From NCBI RefSeq assembly GCF_964355755.1, contig NC_092677.1:6966101-7030100 (forward strand): 64,000 nucleotides of DNA. Direction: 5' to 3'. The translations under genes and the position numbers were made by a program. The notes under the pieces were generated by a model. The model saw only the letters and a list, made by a program, of their open reading frames with translations. It made no database searches and was not told where the DNA came from. Position 1 is the first letter of the stretch; every line of letters starts with the position of its first letter. The stretch is from Antedon mediterranea. Taxonomy: Eukaryota; Animalia; Echinodermata. Positions 24,999-37,900 of this stretch are shown piece after piece.

Positions 24999-26319
24999 AT
25001 GTATCGCAGCGGACCACTTCGAACTATAGTGCACACTACTACTAGAAAAAGAAATATACTGCCACTATCATCTTCACAGATACTTGCTTTGAAAGTGTCA
25101 ACCAAGACTGTCTCAAATCAGGATGAAACATCACAAGATAACAAAAGTACCAATCAGAAATTAAGAAGATATATCCACACTACTAGAAAACGCTACAGTT
25201 GTAACACACCAATGACCTTTGAACCTTGGACGGACGAAGATATAATTTGCGTTTTACAGGGTACTTGCATGCCGGGGAGCACTAGGTATTGTCGAACAAA
25301 TTCCATGTTTGGGAAGCTTGACTTGTCGGATATCATGCAAGGTGTTCCTACTACCAGGAAGTTTTCAACTCTGTCAGGGAACGCTAAAATCTCTCCAATA
25401 GTACGCGGATATCATTCAAACAGTGGCAGAACATCTCTTACAGCTTCTAAAAACCCATTACTTTTGTTCACAAATTGTTCAACTGGAAATGACTTACAGG
25501 CAGAGTTTGTTTCAAGAAACAGTAACATAACTTTGAGCAATGTTGTGAATGAATTCATACAACACCGCCAATACACACTATCATCTGTACAAAACACAGC
25601 TGAAACAAATAATACGACTGCCTCTGATACACCTAGGCAGTTGACGCAGCGTGAAAAGCTGAAGAGGGCTGTGAAGGAATATGGTGGTACTGTCGTGGTC
25701 TTCCACGTCGGTATCTCTCTAGCTTCTCTTGGTGGATTCTATCTCGCTGTGTCAAGGTAATGTAGCCCAGGTGGTATTGCATCTTAATTAATATGAAATG
25801 TTTTTTTAACAGTATAGATATTATATAATTTGTAAGAGTGATAAGTTAGATTTGAACTTGGATCTTTTGCTTCATATGCAGATGCCTACCTCTGTATACC
25901 ACTTACTGAGGCTTTCATTGGATGTTTTGAAATCTGATAATAATATATTTTACTTTAGTTTTGATAATACAGTAATCAAAGTATGTACCTTTGTTTCATG
26001 TAGATTTTTTGCCTGTGTGCTCATCTCTTGTTCACTCACCTAATCATACAATCTGCTTGATCAAACTGTTATCATTTAAATTGAAAATCAACATCAATTT
26101 TTATCTTCCAGTGGGCTCGATATGACTGTCCTTCTGAAAAGCATTGGTTTTAGCGCCGAAATGGTACAATCTAAACTAGCTACGGGTGCGAGCACATTTG
26201 TTGTTGCATATGCCGTGCACAAAATGTTTGCCCCAGTTCGAATTGGGATCACGCTTACCACTTGTCCTTTTCTTGTGAGATACTTGCGTAAGGTTGGCGT
26301 ATTGAAGCCTCCCAAGTAA
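24999..26319 (+). CDS. FAM210B: FAM210B-like mitochondrial DUF1279 protein, isoform with terminal exon A, ~321 aa
   Basis: Exons 24999-25756 and 26112-26319 (phase 2, GT-AG); an in-frame stop precedes the ATG. Motifs LKRAVKEYGGTVVVFHVGISLASLGGFYLAVSSG and STFVVAYAVHKMFAPVRIGITL. Confidence 0.9.
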
Positions 26320-26452
26320 AGTTGATCAAAATTGGTTTCGGTATCAGACTCTGCGTTATGGTTGTTATGGTGAACTGAGAAACTCGCAAAAAATTCACTC
26401 AACGATGCAAATAATTAAATAAATGATAAAAATCTTTCAATTCTCTCTGTAG

Positions 26453-26663
26453 TGGCCTCGATGTAGAAGCTCTGTTAAAGTTCTTTGGATTCAGTGAAGA
26501 AGTGATATCAGCCCGTTTGGCGGCAAACGCAAGTACATTTGTGATATCATACGCTGTATACAAACTGTTCATGCCAGTTCGTTTAGGAATAACGTTGACG
26601 GTCGCACCGTTACTTGTTCAGTATTTACGGCGAATTAACTTCTTGAAACCCCCAGTCAAATAA
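26453..26663 (+). CDS. FAM210B: Alternative duplicated terminal exon B of FAM210B-like
   Basis: Acceptor TTCTCTCTGTAG at 26452, same phase as exon A; encodes GLDVEALLKFFGFSEEVISARLAANASTFVISYAVYKLFMPVRLGITLTVAPLLVQYLRRINFLKPPVK*. Confidence 0.85.
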
Positions 26664-28188
26664 GTACAGAATTTCTGAAGAATTAAGACATTTTGTGTCG
26701 CTTTTGTACTGTATAAATAACTTTACAGAATGCAACTCAAAGAATAATTTTTAACTGCAACTATTTGTTGACAAAGTTGAAAGAATTCCACCTTCTAATA
26801 CTGTACAATCTTCACAGAGTACCATAGGAATTGTTGGTGTACTGTCCATTGAAACCACAGCCCCCACATGGGCTTGTTTGTACTGTAAACATATTTATTT
26901 TATTACAGTAGTTAATTTAATATCTGGTATAATTTTGTACAAAGTTTTTCAAGAACCACAGAAGTCTTGTGTTTGTGTTGTACTGACAGTAAGGCCTACT
27001 ATGATTTAATTATTTTTATCTAAATCTTTATTTGTATATTATATCTTTATTATTATTTGGCTACAGTTTAGTAGTACTGTATTTTAAAAACTACAACTTC
27101 TGTATAAACAAGTACAGTCGTTTATTTAAAAAAAAACCATAAAATGCCATTGTATAATTTGTTTCGTTTCTTTTTGCAATATTTCCCCATAATACAAGAT
27201 TGATCTTTACTAATAGACTTGTATTGAAATGCACAATAATGTGTATTTTGGCCAACATTATGAAGTTGCTGTCATCTATTTTGTGGTAGTGTAGTTACTT
27301 CAGTAAAAAGAAGTTAAACAACTTTATTTCAAAGATTATAATTTATATATTTCTTGCCCAATCATAGTGCATAATATAAGGTTAAATTAAATGACCTTCC
27401 AGTAATGTCAGAGCCACTTTAAATCATCAGCAACTTTAGCACCTTTAAATTTCTGTTTAGTTTAGCTCTTTGAATGCAAATTAAAATTGTTTTGTTTTAC
27501 ATGCATGTAGGCCTGTATTGCTATACAGTAATAAAAGAAGAGAAATACACATTTTTAATGAAAACCAATTTATTTTTAATATTACAATCTACAAAAACCA
27601 TTTATTTGATATACATAAGAAATAAATGCTTTATATATAAAAAAAAATGACTTGTAATGTTTGATATAGTTTAAGTGCGTATGAATTAACACCATTACCG
27701 CAGTTATCGAGTAAGTTCATTATATCGACAACAAATTGATGCATCATTTGTACTTACAAAATGTTAAAAATTATTGCGATACACGTCATTTTGTCCAACG
27801 ACCAAGGTTACAGCCCTCCCTTTTGCCATCGCAGACCCATTTTTTTTTATTTTATAAACATACCGATAATAAACCTAAATATCCTGTGATGTACCTAACC
27901 AAAATCTTCAACAACCACAGAGTTCACAAACACGATTCTACTAAATATGTATAGAATATAGTAAACAATAAATTTTGAAAACATAATCTTACAATACTTA
28001 ACGTTGTGATAATTAAATAGACTGCTTTGTACACTTTAACACCCTCCCAACAACAATGTACAGTGCAGAATGATATACATACTGTTATTGAAGTTCTACC
28101 CTCTTCTAGAAACAATAGTGCTATGCTATCAACGCCTTCATAAAGGCAGATTATAATATTGACGCACTCTCTTTGGATTGGATACATG

Positions 28189-31100
28189 TTATGATGCAGA
28201 TGGTGGCATTGTTCGTTTTACGTCGGCATATTTCTTAATCCAAGGGTGTTCTAGTACTTCGGAAAGTCGAGTTCTTGCACTGGGATTATGTCGTAGCAAC
28301 TAAAACATGAAGACAACAATTTGATAATGTATTGCTACTACTGGATTTATACGTACACAAATCTGACAAATATTAACAAAATGTAACATATTGCACGTGT
28401 GAAAGCATTTAAATGTAATTTAGACTTAAATTTCAGTAAATAATTAAGGGTTACATTGATGTAACACAGCAGTATCTATACACCAAAGTTTTTCCTACGT
28501 TGACATATTATACACTGTGACAAGCTAGCGAGATATATCCATTAATTAGTTAAATTTGTGTATACAAAATTAATTGATAGATTTTTCAAGTTATCACTTA
28601 CTCCTGATACTAAGTTTCTTGCCTCTGGTGATACGTGGTCTGGAAATTTATAATCCACCTGTAGAACAATGAAAGTTATTAGTATAATTGCTCTCATATC
28701 AGACTTGGTTTAGAAAAATCTTTAGAAAGATTACCATTCTGTAATATGGAGTCTGTTAAGTTCTGTCTACACTATCAAACTAGTTTGCCCAAAAAAATGT
28801 GCCCAAATATGGTAGTCATACAACATCATTGTGTCCATATATGGGCATTTTTATTTTTTTTGTCACATAAAGTAGACAATGTAGACGAGCTTTAAGACAG
28901 TGAAGTTCTACTACTACTTATAAAACTCTGTCTATACTATCAAACTTTGTGTGACAAAAAACTGCACTACACTACAATATTTAGGTATAGTGTAAACTAA
29001 ATGTTATACCTTTGTTATTCGTCTATACGTTTCATTGTTTCCCTCAGCCTCAAATGGTGGTTTTCCTACTAAGAATTCATAACATAACACACCCAGGCTC
29101 CACAGATCTACGTTGGCATCATGCATCTTTCCTTCAATCATCTCTGGAGGAAGATAATCTAATGTTCCGCATAATGTTGCTCGTCTAATTTGATAAAAAA
29201 AAGAAAAATGGTTTGTGATAAATATTTAACAAGAAAATGGCATGTACATTGCTATTTCTAGTTGAATTAAATTGACAATTTCAGTTCAGAACAAAAAAGA
29301 GGAAAATAGAACACAGCAAAACAAACAAAAAATCAGGATATTCATTCAAAATGAAGTGTTAGGAGGTTTCTACGTCAAGAAGGAGACTTGTGTTTTCAAC
29401 ATTTAGGTGAGGAAATATATATATGCATTGGAAACAGAGCAAACAAAATTAATTCAAAAGATAAGTTTTAGAAGGTGGTTTCTACTTCAAGAAGACTTGT
29501 GTTTTCATCATTTAGGTGAGGTAATGTATATGCATTGTAAACACATAAAGCATACAATTCTTTTTTTTTGGTTACATTTTCTTTTTATTTTTTTTGTGAT
29601 TTTAAGCATGTGATTATTACAACCATCCTATCTAAAGCTCTTTCTTCACTATCAAACTAGTTTGATGACAAAGGTGTGATCACATCATAAAGTTTTATAG
29701 CATAGACAGAGCTTTAGAGTGTGAAATAAAATACCTTGAAGATGGTGCATGAACAGACCAGCCAAAGTCTGCAATCTTCAGATCACCTTTGAGCCCGAGT
29801 AGAAGGTTTTCTGGTTTGATGTCCCTATGTATAACTTTCTTACTGTGACAATACTGCAGAGCATTTGCTAATTGGCCAATATACTAATTGAAAGCAAATA
29901 AAAGATAATTATTAAATAACATTACAATACTTAGCAAAGGCCCAGAATAAGTGTGTTACCCCAAACACCTCCACCTTGCTAATATACTAATTGAAAGTGA
30001 ATAAAAGATAATTATTAAATAACACTATATACTTAGTAAACATACCTGGCCCAGAGTGAGAGTGTTACCCCAAACCCCTCCAGCTCCCCCACTCTGAGGC
30101 AGTTTAAATATAGTTTAAAGCCTTCCCAGCACAAGTTATTTTGATAACTCTGAAAACGCCAAAAACTCCACAAAATCCCAGAACGCGGTGGTTTTCAAAT
30201 GTTGTTCCAAGTACAATTGTAGTTATTTTGATACCCCATATGCATGGATACATGATACAATATACAGTAGGACTTCATACATAAACCTCCCCCCCCCCCC
30301 TCAAACACACGCTTTTATTCAATATTCAAAGAAATAAGTACACTGTAGAACTGATCTTACATTGGATGATCTCCTTTCATCAAATCTTCCACACTTCTGT
30401 AATTGTTTGTAAAGTTCACCCTTTGGAGCAAATTCCAGGATAAGATAAACTCTAGTTGCATCATAGAAATAGCCATAAAGTCTAAGAATGTGTGGATGCC
30501 TGCAATGGTAACAAGAACCAAAATAATACAAATTATATTAAGTCGAACATTTGTCCAATTTAAAATAATCAATCTTTATATACTACTGGACAATAACAAT
30601 TTTTAAATTTATGGTATACATGCAATACATATACTGTACAGTAATCGATAGCCAACAAATATTAATTGAAAAGAATTGTTATGTATACCTGAGATGGGCT
30701 TGAATTTCAATTTCTCTACGTAACTGATGTTCAACATTTGATTTGGAAAGCTGCGACTTGAAAAGAACTTTCAAAGCGACGATAAATTTACTTTGTTTCT
30801 CTCTAGCTAAATATACATTTCCAAATTTGCCCTTTCCCAAAGGTCGGCCAATATCAAAGTCTTGCAAAGTCCACTTTGATCTGTGTATGAAAGAAAGTAT
30901 ATTTAAAGTTTTTTAAACACTATAAAACATAAAAATATGCCCATAGTGTATATAGACACAATGGTACCAATATATGGACATGATGATGTCATATTTTGGC
31001 ACATTACACTTTTTAGTCAAAATAGTTTCTTAACATTTTATCTACACTAGAAAAATGTCTTTACTAAATTTTGAGTTTGGTTATTTCTGTTTGCCAGTGA

Positions 31101-31582
31101 CTATAGCAAAACTTTCTTGCTGAACTTTCAAACCAAAATATGCTAATGTTGTTGGGCTTTAATTTCACCAACCACTGCACCCGAGCTATCATTACAGTCT
31201 TTACACAGTCTTGGATCACCTACTTTGGTATTGATGATTCTTGTTTTGTGGCCTCAGGCTTTCCTTTTTGTTCTTTGTGACTTTGAGCAGTCTGGTTCTC
31301 CTTTTCAACAGAATGTCCTGATGATACACCTTGTTTACCTACTTGATGAATGCCTTGTGAAACGTTCACACTCGTTGGCTTCAGAACCCTCTTTGGGCCA
31401 CCATCTATTGACCGTACCAAACTAGATGTAATCTATTTAGATGTAGGTAAAGAATTTATAATTTTCATTAGAAAACTATAAATGTACCTAATCTTGTAAC
31501 AAATATTTTAAATAAATAAAGTAATTCAATATACCTTTGAATCAGCTGTTTTCCCAATAGGTGTCTGCTTAAAAGAATTCAT
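28189..31582 (-). CDS. AURKA: Aurora kinase, 8 coding exons, ~359 aa
   Basis: Exons 31582-31535, 31432-31224, 30880-30689, 30499-30361, 29883-29735, 29184-29010, 28658-28602, 28299-28189 (1080 nt). Motifs [47 protein letters not shown]. The A-type label rests on linkage to FAM210B; it may be the single invertebrate Aurora. Confidence 0.95.
29878..30082. repeat. ~100-bp tandem duplication spanning an Aurora 3' splice site
   Basis: AATATACTAATTGAAAG...GTGTTACCCCAAAC.CCTCCA occurs at ~29878-29973 and ~29981-30082. Confidence 0.85.
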
Positions 31583-32370
31583 CTTAAGTTCATAAATAAA
31601 AATACTACACCTATTCCTATAAAATAAAAAAGTACATTTTATTTTCAAAACCTCTAAAACATTTAATAATCCATCTAATATTATTTAATTCCATTTTCTA
31701 TACCTTTCATTTTTTGTGGGTTAGAATATGAAATACAGCAAATTACATAATGATTTTGGTTTGTTATAAATATACAGTGTAGCCTATGCTAACTTACACT
31801 TTGCTGTTAATAGTATTGAGATGTAAATAATTAAATCATTTGGAACCTAGGTGTATTTTTAAGAGAGAGGTTATCTTTTTTATTTTAGACTAAGACCGAG
31901 TACAATCAGATTAGTTAATAAATTAAATGCATAAATTTATTAATTAAATTAGTTAAATGCGCAATTTCAATTTTATTGCACAAGGATTTTCTTGTGCAAT
32001 TTGAATTTGTACAGGGATTTCCGCTTCACAATTTGAACACAAAATAGCATAAAAATTGACACATCATCCGCATTCGATCAGGTCGCACTATATTGATTGA
32101 TCAACCGAACAACGCGACAGCGAAAGGATTGCAGCCTTTTCTAAAGTAAAGTTTCTAGGCTAGCTGACTAGGCATTCTTTGCCATGCAATTTCGTCTTTC
32201 CCTCTGTGTATGATGAGGGTATAGGCCTAGGCCTATATATAACATTTTATTCTATTAATTATAATTGATATTTATTAATAAACTATTATTTATTTTGCAT
32301 TATTTATTAATTAAGGATACTATAAACATAATTAAGGTTATCATGCTTTGTTTTGTTGGTTAGGCCTATA

Positions 32371-34005
32371 TGTGACCCGATCTGGCAAAACCCTCTCTTT
32401 GTCGGCAATTCAAAATTCACGTAATCAGTCAAAATACGTCCAAATCGACTACCCTGGCAGATTACATGTTTTTGCATTTTCGAAATATTTCACTATCTAA
32501 GAATACGTCTACCTGATTTAAACTCCCGAAATTTAACTAAAATTATGAAAAAAGAGAGTTTTAAAAACATGTATTTTCCTCAAGCCTAACAATTTATTCA
32601 CGATCTACGCTAAAATTTTGCGTAAATTCAGTTGAAAGTTGCCGAGTTTTACGACATTTTGATCGCCAGTTCGCTGCACAATGTTGAAAGGTCACACATC
32701 AAAATAAAGCTCATCCATTTGACATTCCAAATATGGAAGTTTTAGGGCGGAGTTTAAAGAAGGAACCAATGAAAACTTTGATTTACTATGACATCATTTC
32801 AGAAAATTCGGTTCTTCGAAGTTTCTGGAACAGCGAACTGCGTGTGTTGCTATGGCGCATCATCGCAATAACAAACGTTATTGGTCAACGCGCTAGATGT
32901 TATACGCTCTACGCGCGGAAATAAAAAGTTGTTTACATTTTTGTGAGGTTATTTTTATTGTACACACAGCATGTCGTAAATTGGAATAAAAACGATTTTA
33001 ATATTCAAAGTAAAGTGTTCTGCAATAGCTGTAGTGTGTATTTGTTTATTCCATAGTAAAATAGACAAGTCAAAAACAATTCACGTCATAAATTCAATTG
33101 TATTTTCTATATTTTCTTGGGCTAGTAGGCCCTAGGCCTAATTTTATTATGGTTGTAGGCCTACTACTACTGGGCCTAGCTTTATATTATTGTCAATAGT
33201 TTTATTTATACATTTTATATATCCAATCGGCTCTTAATTATTTATTTAATTTATTGTCCATTCCTTTCATATTAAATGTTTTGTTAAATCATTGGATTCA
33301 AGCCCAAACATCACAGCGAATCTTCCACGTTATAAAAAAAAAACAAATGTAATCGTCAATACAGTGTAATGTTAGCTTGCAATTAGCTGTGACTCTGCAA
33401 GGCGCCTAACTTGTCTAGACTAACGCTAGCCCCCGTGTCGATGCACCGCTGCCATACACGGCCTGATGAACACCCATCATCAGTAGGTCTTAATACAGGC
33501 GATGACGGCGAAAATCTGAATAGGCGCGCCTAGGCCTGCTTGGTTTTTTGCCGTTGATATCGTAAACACTTCCGAAACCAGTTAACATTAGCTTGGTACT
33601 TATAATGCTGCTTTTCAATAGTGCAAAATAGTTAATTCGAGTGACTAAATAGGTTAAAACGGCGTCTGAAATCAGTCAAATTGACCATAGTGTCCACGCT
33701 GCTGCTATATCGCACACACTTCCTGGTATGACGTCATTGTGCCTTAGACCAAAATAGCGCGTTGCTACGGAGTGAGTTTTCAGCGCGTATCAAAAAGAAT
33801 TTCATTGCAAACTTCAAACGCGATTTTCTCGTAAACTAATTGAATGAATTGTAAGTTTTTAAAATATAATAACTTTTTAAATATTTACTCAATTTTTATG
33901 AAATAAACACCATTGCAAAGCTTATGATTCAAATAATCCAAATATATAAAAAAATACAAAATGAATATTTCCGACAAAAGTAGGGTTTTGCCAGATCGGG
34001 TCACA
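32371..34005. mobile_element. 1.6-kb non-autonomous DNA transposon, TGT...ACA termini, TATA flanks
   Basis: Perfect 24-bp TIR TGTGACCCGATCTGGCAAAACCCT extending imperfectly to ~40 bp; TATA at 32367-32370 and 34006-34009; no transposase ORF. Confidence 0.88.
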
Positions 34006-34449
34006 TATAATCAAATAAATAAAATACTGAAAATACTTTACTTCTTGTACAATTTGAAATTTCCAGGAAATTTCAAACTGCGCAAAACAAATTTAGAATC
34101 TCAATCTGAATAAAAATTAAGTAAAAATAATTAATTGACATTATTCTACCGCCTAGGCAAGCCCTAGTCTGGTTTGTAGTCCTATTTCTATAGGCCTAGG
34201 CACGTGCAGAATTAATCAACACGTCGCGGATCGAGATGCGCCCGAGCCCACGAACACGGCGGGCGGGAAATGCTACCTTATCTATTATAGGCTAGGCCTA
34301 GAGTAGGCGAGTAGGCTAGCCCTACTACGTTTTGGTAGAAAACACGTCTAACTTTAATGAACATTTCATACAGATTAATACATCTTTAAGCTATAAAATA
34401 CAATTTATTTGATAGATATTAAATTAAAGAATTCATTGTTATAACTTAC

Positions 34450-34900
34450 TAGAAAAAATAAAAAGATTCTTATCTACTTTTAGCGAAATTAATTGTCTTG
34501 TTTTTCTCTCAATTGGCAGTCTCTTCCTTCATCCTCTATCAATCAAACCTTTTAAATTTTGAAACCAAAATGTCGAATGTGATGTGATTGGCTAATAAAA
34601 TGCTCATTACCATATGAAAGAAGAGAAAGGTCATCAAACAATTTAGTTGACTATCTTCTTTTTTTAAATAATAATTTCGTAAGCGAAATAAGGTATTTCA
34701 CTTTTAATAATCAAATTATTATTATTGATAGATAATTTATAAAAGTAAATTGTATGTTTTTTAAAGACCTAGGCCTACTAGCGCACTTTTTTCATTTTAA
34801 ATCGTGACCTCTTTTAATCCAACCTTAGGAAGTCACGTGATGTTTTGCCACGTGATCGGTTTCAATCATCGTCGTTTTGTTTGTAAATAAAAAAGAAAAG
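34450..34900. promoter_or_regulatory. Putative bidirectional promoter Aurora/GALNS
   Basis: Minus-strand donor (ACTTAC 34444-34449) for an Aurora 5'UTR exon; CHR-like TTTAAA/TTTGAA 34551-34563; ATTGG at 34512 and 34587; CLEAR/E-box GTCACGTGA 34832-34840 and CACGTG 34849-34854. Confidence 0.55.
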
Positions 34901-37900
34901 ATGCAGTTTCCGAACTTTATCTTATATTTCTTGTTGAATTGGTTGACTATTTCTTATGCATCTCAACAACCAAATATTATCGTCATGTTAATGGACGATG
35001 TAAGTTGCCTATTTAGTTGTGGGCATAGGCCTAGATGCTAAAGTTAAAATAGCTAGCTATGCCTAGCCTACTGTACTGTACTACCTAGCTAGAGGCCTTC
35101 TGGATATCCATTATCCGGCCTTCTTTATTTAGAGGCTAAATAAGCCTATAAAACACGTCACACAGGGCCTAGCTAGGCCTCCTCTAGACCGCCGGCGACC
35201 CTGATTACCGGTTTACCTAGGCCTAGATCTATTATTATCAGTTTTATTGCATATTTTACCTAATTATTGGAACCTGTATAATGTAATTGTAATGTTTTTC
35301 GTATTTTTGATGTTTTTATATCATATATGTTGCCTTTATTTAAAATTGTGTATCCTTGTCTGTGTAGTGTAGCCTGTAGGCTAGCCTGGCCCTCTAGTAG
35401 TAGTAGTATTCATATCTGTTTTTAATTGATTGTTTTAAATAATATAAATATTGTATAATAATTTTATTATTATTCAATATACATTTTAAAAATGTACTCA
35501 TACCATACCATATTATTTCCATATTTAAAGTGGCAAAATAAAATTGAATCTGAATTATAGGGAAGAGATTTATTAAATTGAAGTAAAGTAAAGTATTTTT
35601 TCTTCATCATCAAACTTAGATGGGATGGGGAGATTTGGGAGTTTATGGTCAACCGGCGAAGGAAACACCAAATCTGGATAAAATGGCTTCTGATGGGATT
35701 TTACTGCCTGATTTCTACTCTGGAAATCCTCTTTGCTCACCTTGTAAGTCTACTTGCTGTTAGATAAAAAGTTGTGATTGGTCACCGTCATCATACTAAA
35801 CGTAAAAGTCGTTCCTAAATAGCTGACCTATCTACAATCTCTCTAAACTATTAAACAAAGAAAAAAACCGTCAAGCAGAGAATTTGGTCCTACAACCAAA
35901 GGGGCCATAGCCTCATCACTACTCCACTGAGCCATCCAGCTCGTCCATTTACCAGTAACTTAAATCACCTTTTTAACTGAAGATTTACAGACACAAGGAT
36001 TGTACTTGACTAAGATATTAAGATACTACTGTACTATGGTACAGGTGCATATATCTTAACATTTTGTCTATTTTCCAGCCAGAGCATCTTTACTAACAGG
36101 ACGACTTCCAATACGTAATGGATTCTACACGACAAATGCACATGCCAGGAATGGGTATACTCCACAGGTGATAGTGGGAGGAATTCAAGATTCAGAAGTT
36201 CTTTTGCCAAAACTATTACGGACAAAGGGTTACAGAAGCAAAATAATTGGTAAATGGTAAGAATACATTAAAAACAATAATGTATGGTCTTTTTTATTGC
36301 ATTTTGATGCATCCAATTAAAAAACGAAATAATTTTCCATATTTGCCAATCATGGAAATCATCTGGTATATCCAATTTTAACTACAGATAATGATTATTT
36401 GTGTCCTCTATCCTCTGTTGAATCTGTATTCCAATGCTTTTAACTAGAGAGAACATTTTTTTTTTTACTTAAATAGGCATTTAGGTCATCAACCACAGTT
36501 TTTACCGTTAAAGCATGGTTTTGACGAATTTTTTGGATCGACCAATTGTCACTTTGGACCATATGACAATAAGGCTACACCTAATATTCCAGTTTTTCGT
36601 GATGATGCCATGATTGGCCGGTACTATGAAGATTTTCCAGTCAAAAAAGGGGTGTCTAACTTGACTCAAATCTTCATTGAGGTTAGAATTTAATTTGTTA
36701 ATTTATGGACATTGTCAATAACATGGATTAATCAATTTCTCTTAATAAACAATTTTCGCACAATTTGTCTTTTTTTTACAACAAAACATACAATAAATAT
36801 ATTTTATATAACACTCTATTTGTTTAATTAAAGTTTTTATAGTTAAAAAATATACATTTTTAACACAACATCAGATTAAAAAAATAAAAAATTCTGTTCA
36901 AAGGCCCCTGTTTTGCAACTGATGTTGTACTTTTGGGCAACATAACATTAAAAACATTTATTTTGAGGCCCTGTTCAGGAGAGGGTGCGGTAAAATAATT
37001 GTACATGCCACTTCAATACCAAGTTTATTATTTTTTTTTTTTATTCTTGTTATTTAATCTTTAAATTTAAAGGAAGGTTTAAAATTCATTGAAAAAGAGC
37101 AAAGTGCAGATCAGCCATTCTTTTTATACTGGGCGCCTGACGCGACACACACGCCGCTTTACGCTTCCCAGGCATTCCAAGGTACGAGCCAACGTGGACT
37201 ATATGGTGATGTCGTTCGAGAACTTGATTCAGGGGTCGGTAGAATCCTTTCGAAGCTCAAGGAACTGAAAATCGAAAACAACACGTTTGTTTTATTTACA
37301 TCTGATAATGGAGCAGCCCTCGTTTCACGAGTTCAGGGTGAGTAATTCACGCAATATTTAATAATAATTTAATATCTTTACAGGAAGCCCTTGTTTTCAT
37401 TGAGAAACAAGCAAATGAGAAACAACCATTCTTCCTATATTGGGCACCGGATTCCGCTCACCGTCCTCACTACGCTTCTTCCGCTTTCCAGGGACGTAGT
37501 CAGCGCGGCCTGTACGGTGATGTGGTTATGGAACTCGATGATGGAGTTGGTCGTATTCGAAAACGTCTTGAAAACTTACAGATTGCTCAAAATACTTTTG
37601 TGATTTTTTCATCTGATAATGGAGCACCTTTGAATGCTAAATCTGATGGTACACATTTTCTTTCAACAAAATGATTATTTATAGTCGAACCACTGCACTT
37701 CAAATACTAATGATGCATTTTTTGTTGCTTAATTTTATTTTTCTGTTATTGCATGTACGTATATTGATTGTCTAAACAGGACATTCATGTCATTCAGTCA
37801 ACTCTCCCATATCAGACACTATTGGGCTGACCATGGAGACATAATAATAGTAATACTTACTAATAATTTTAAGTCTTGTTTTCCATTTTTAATGTTAAAA

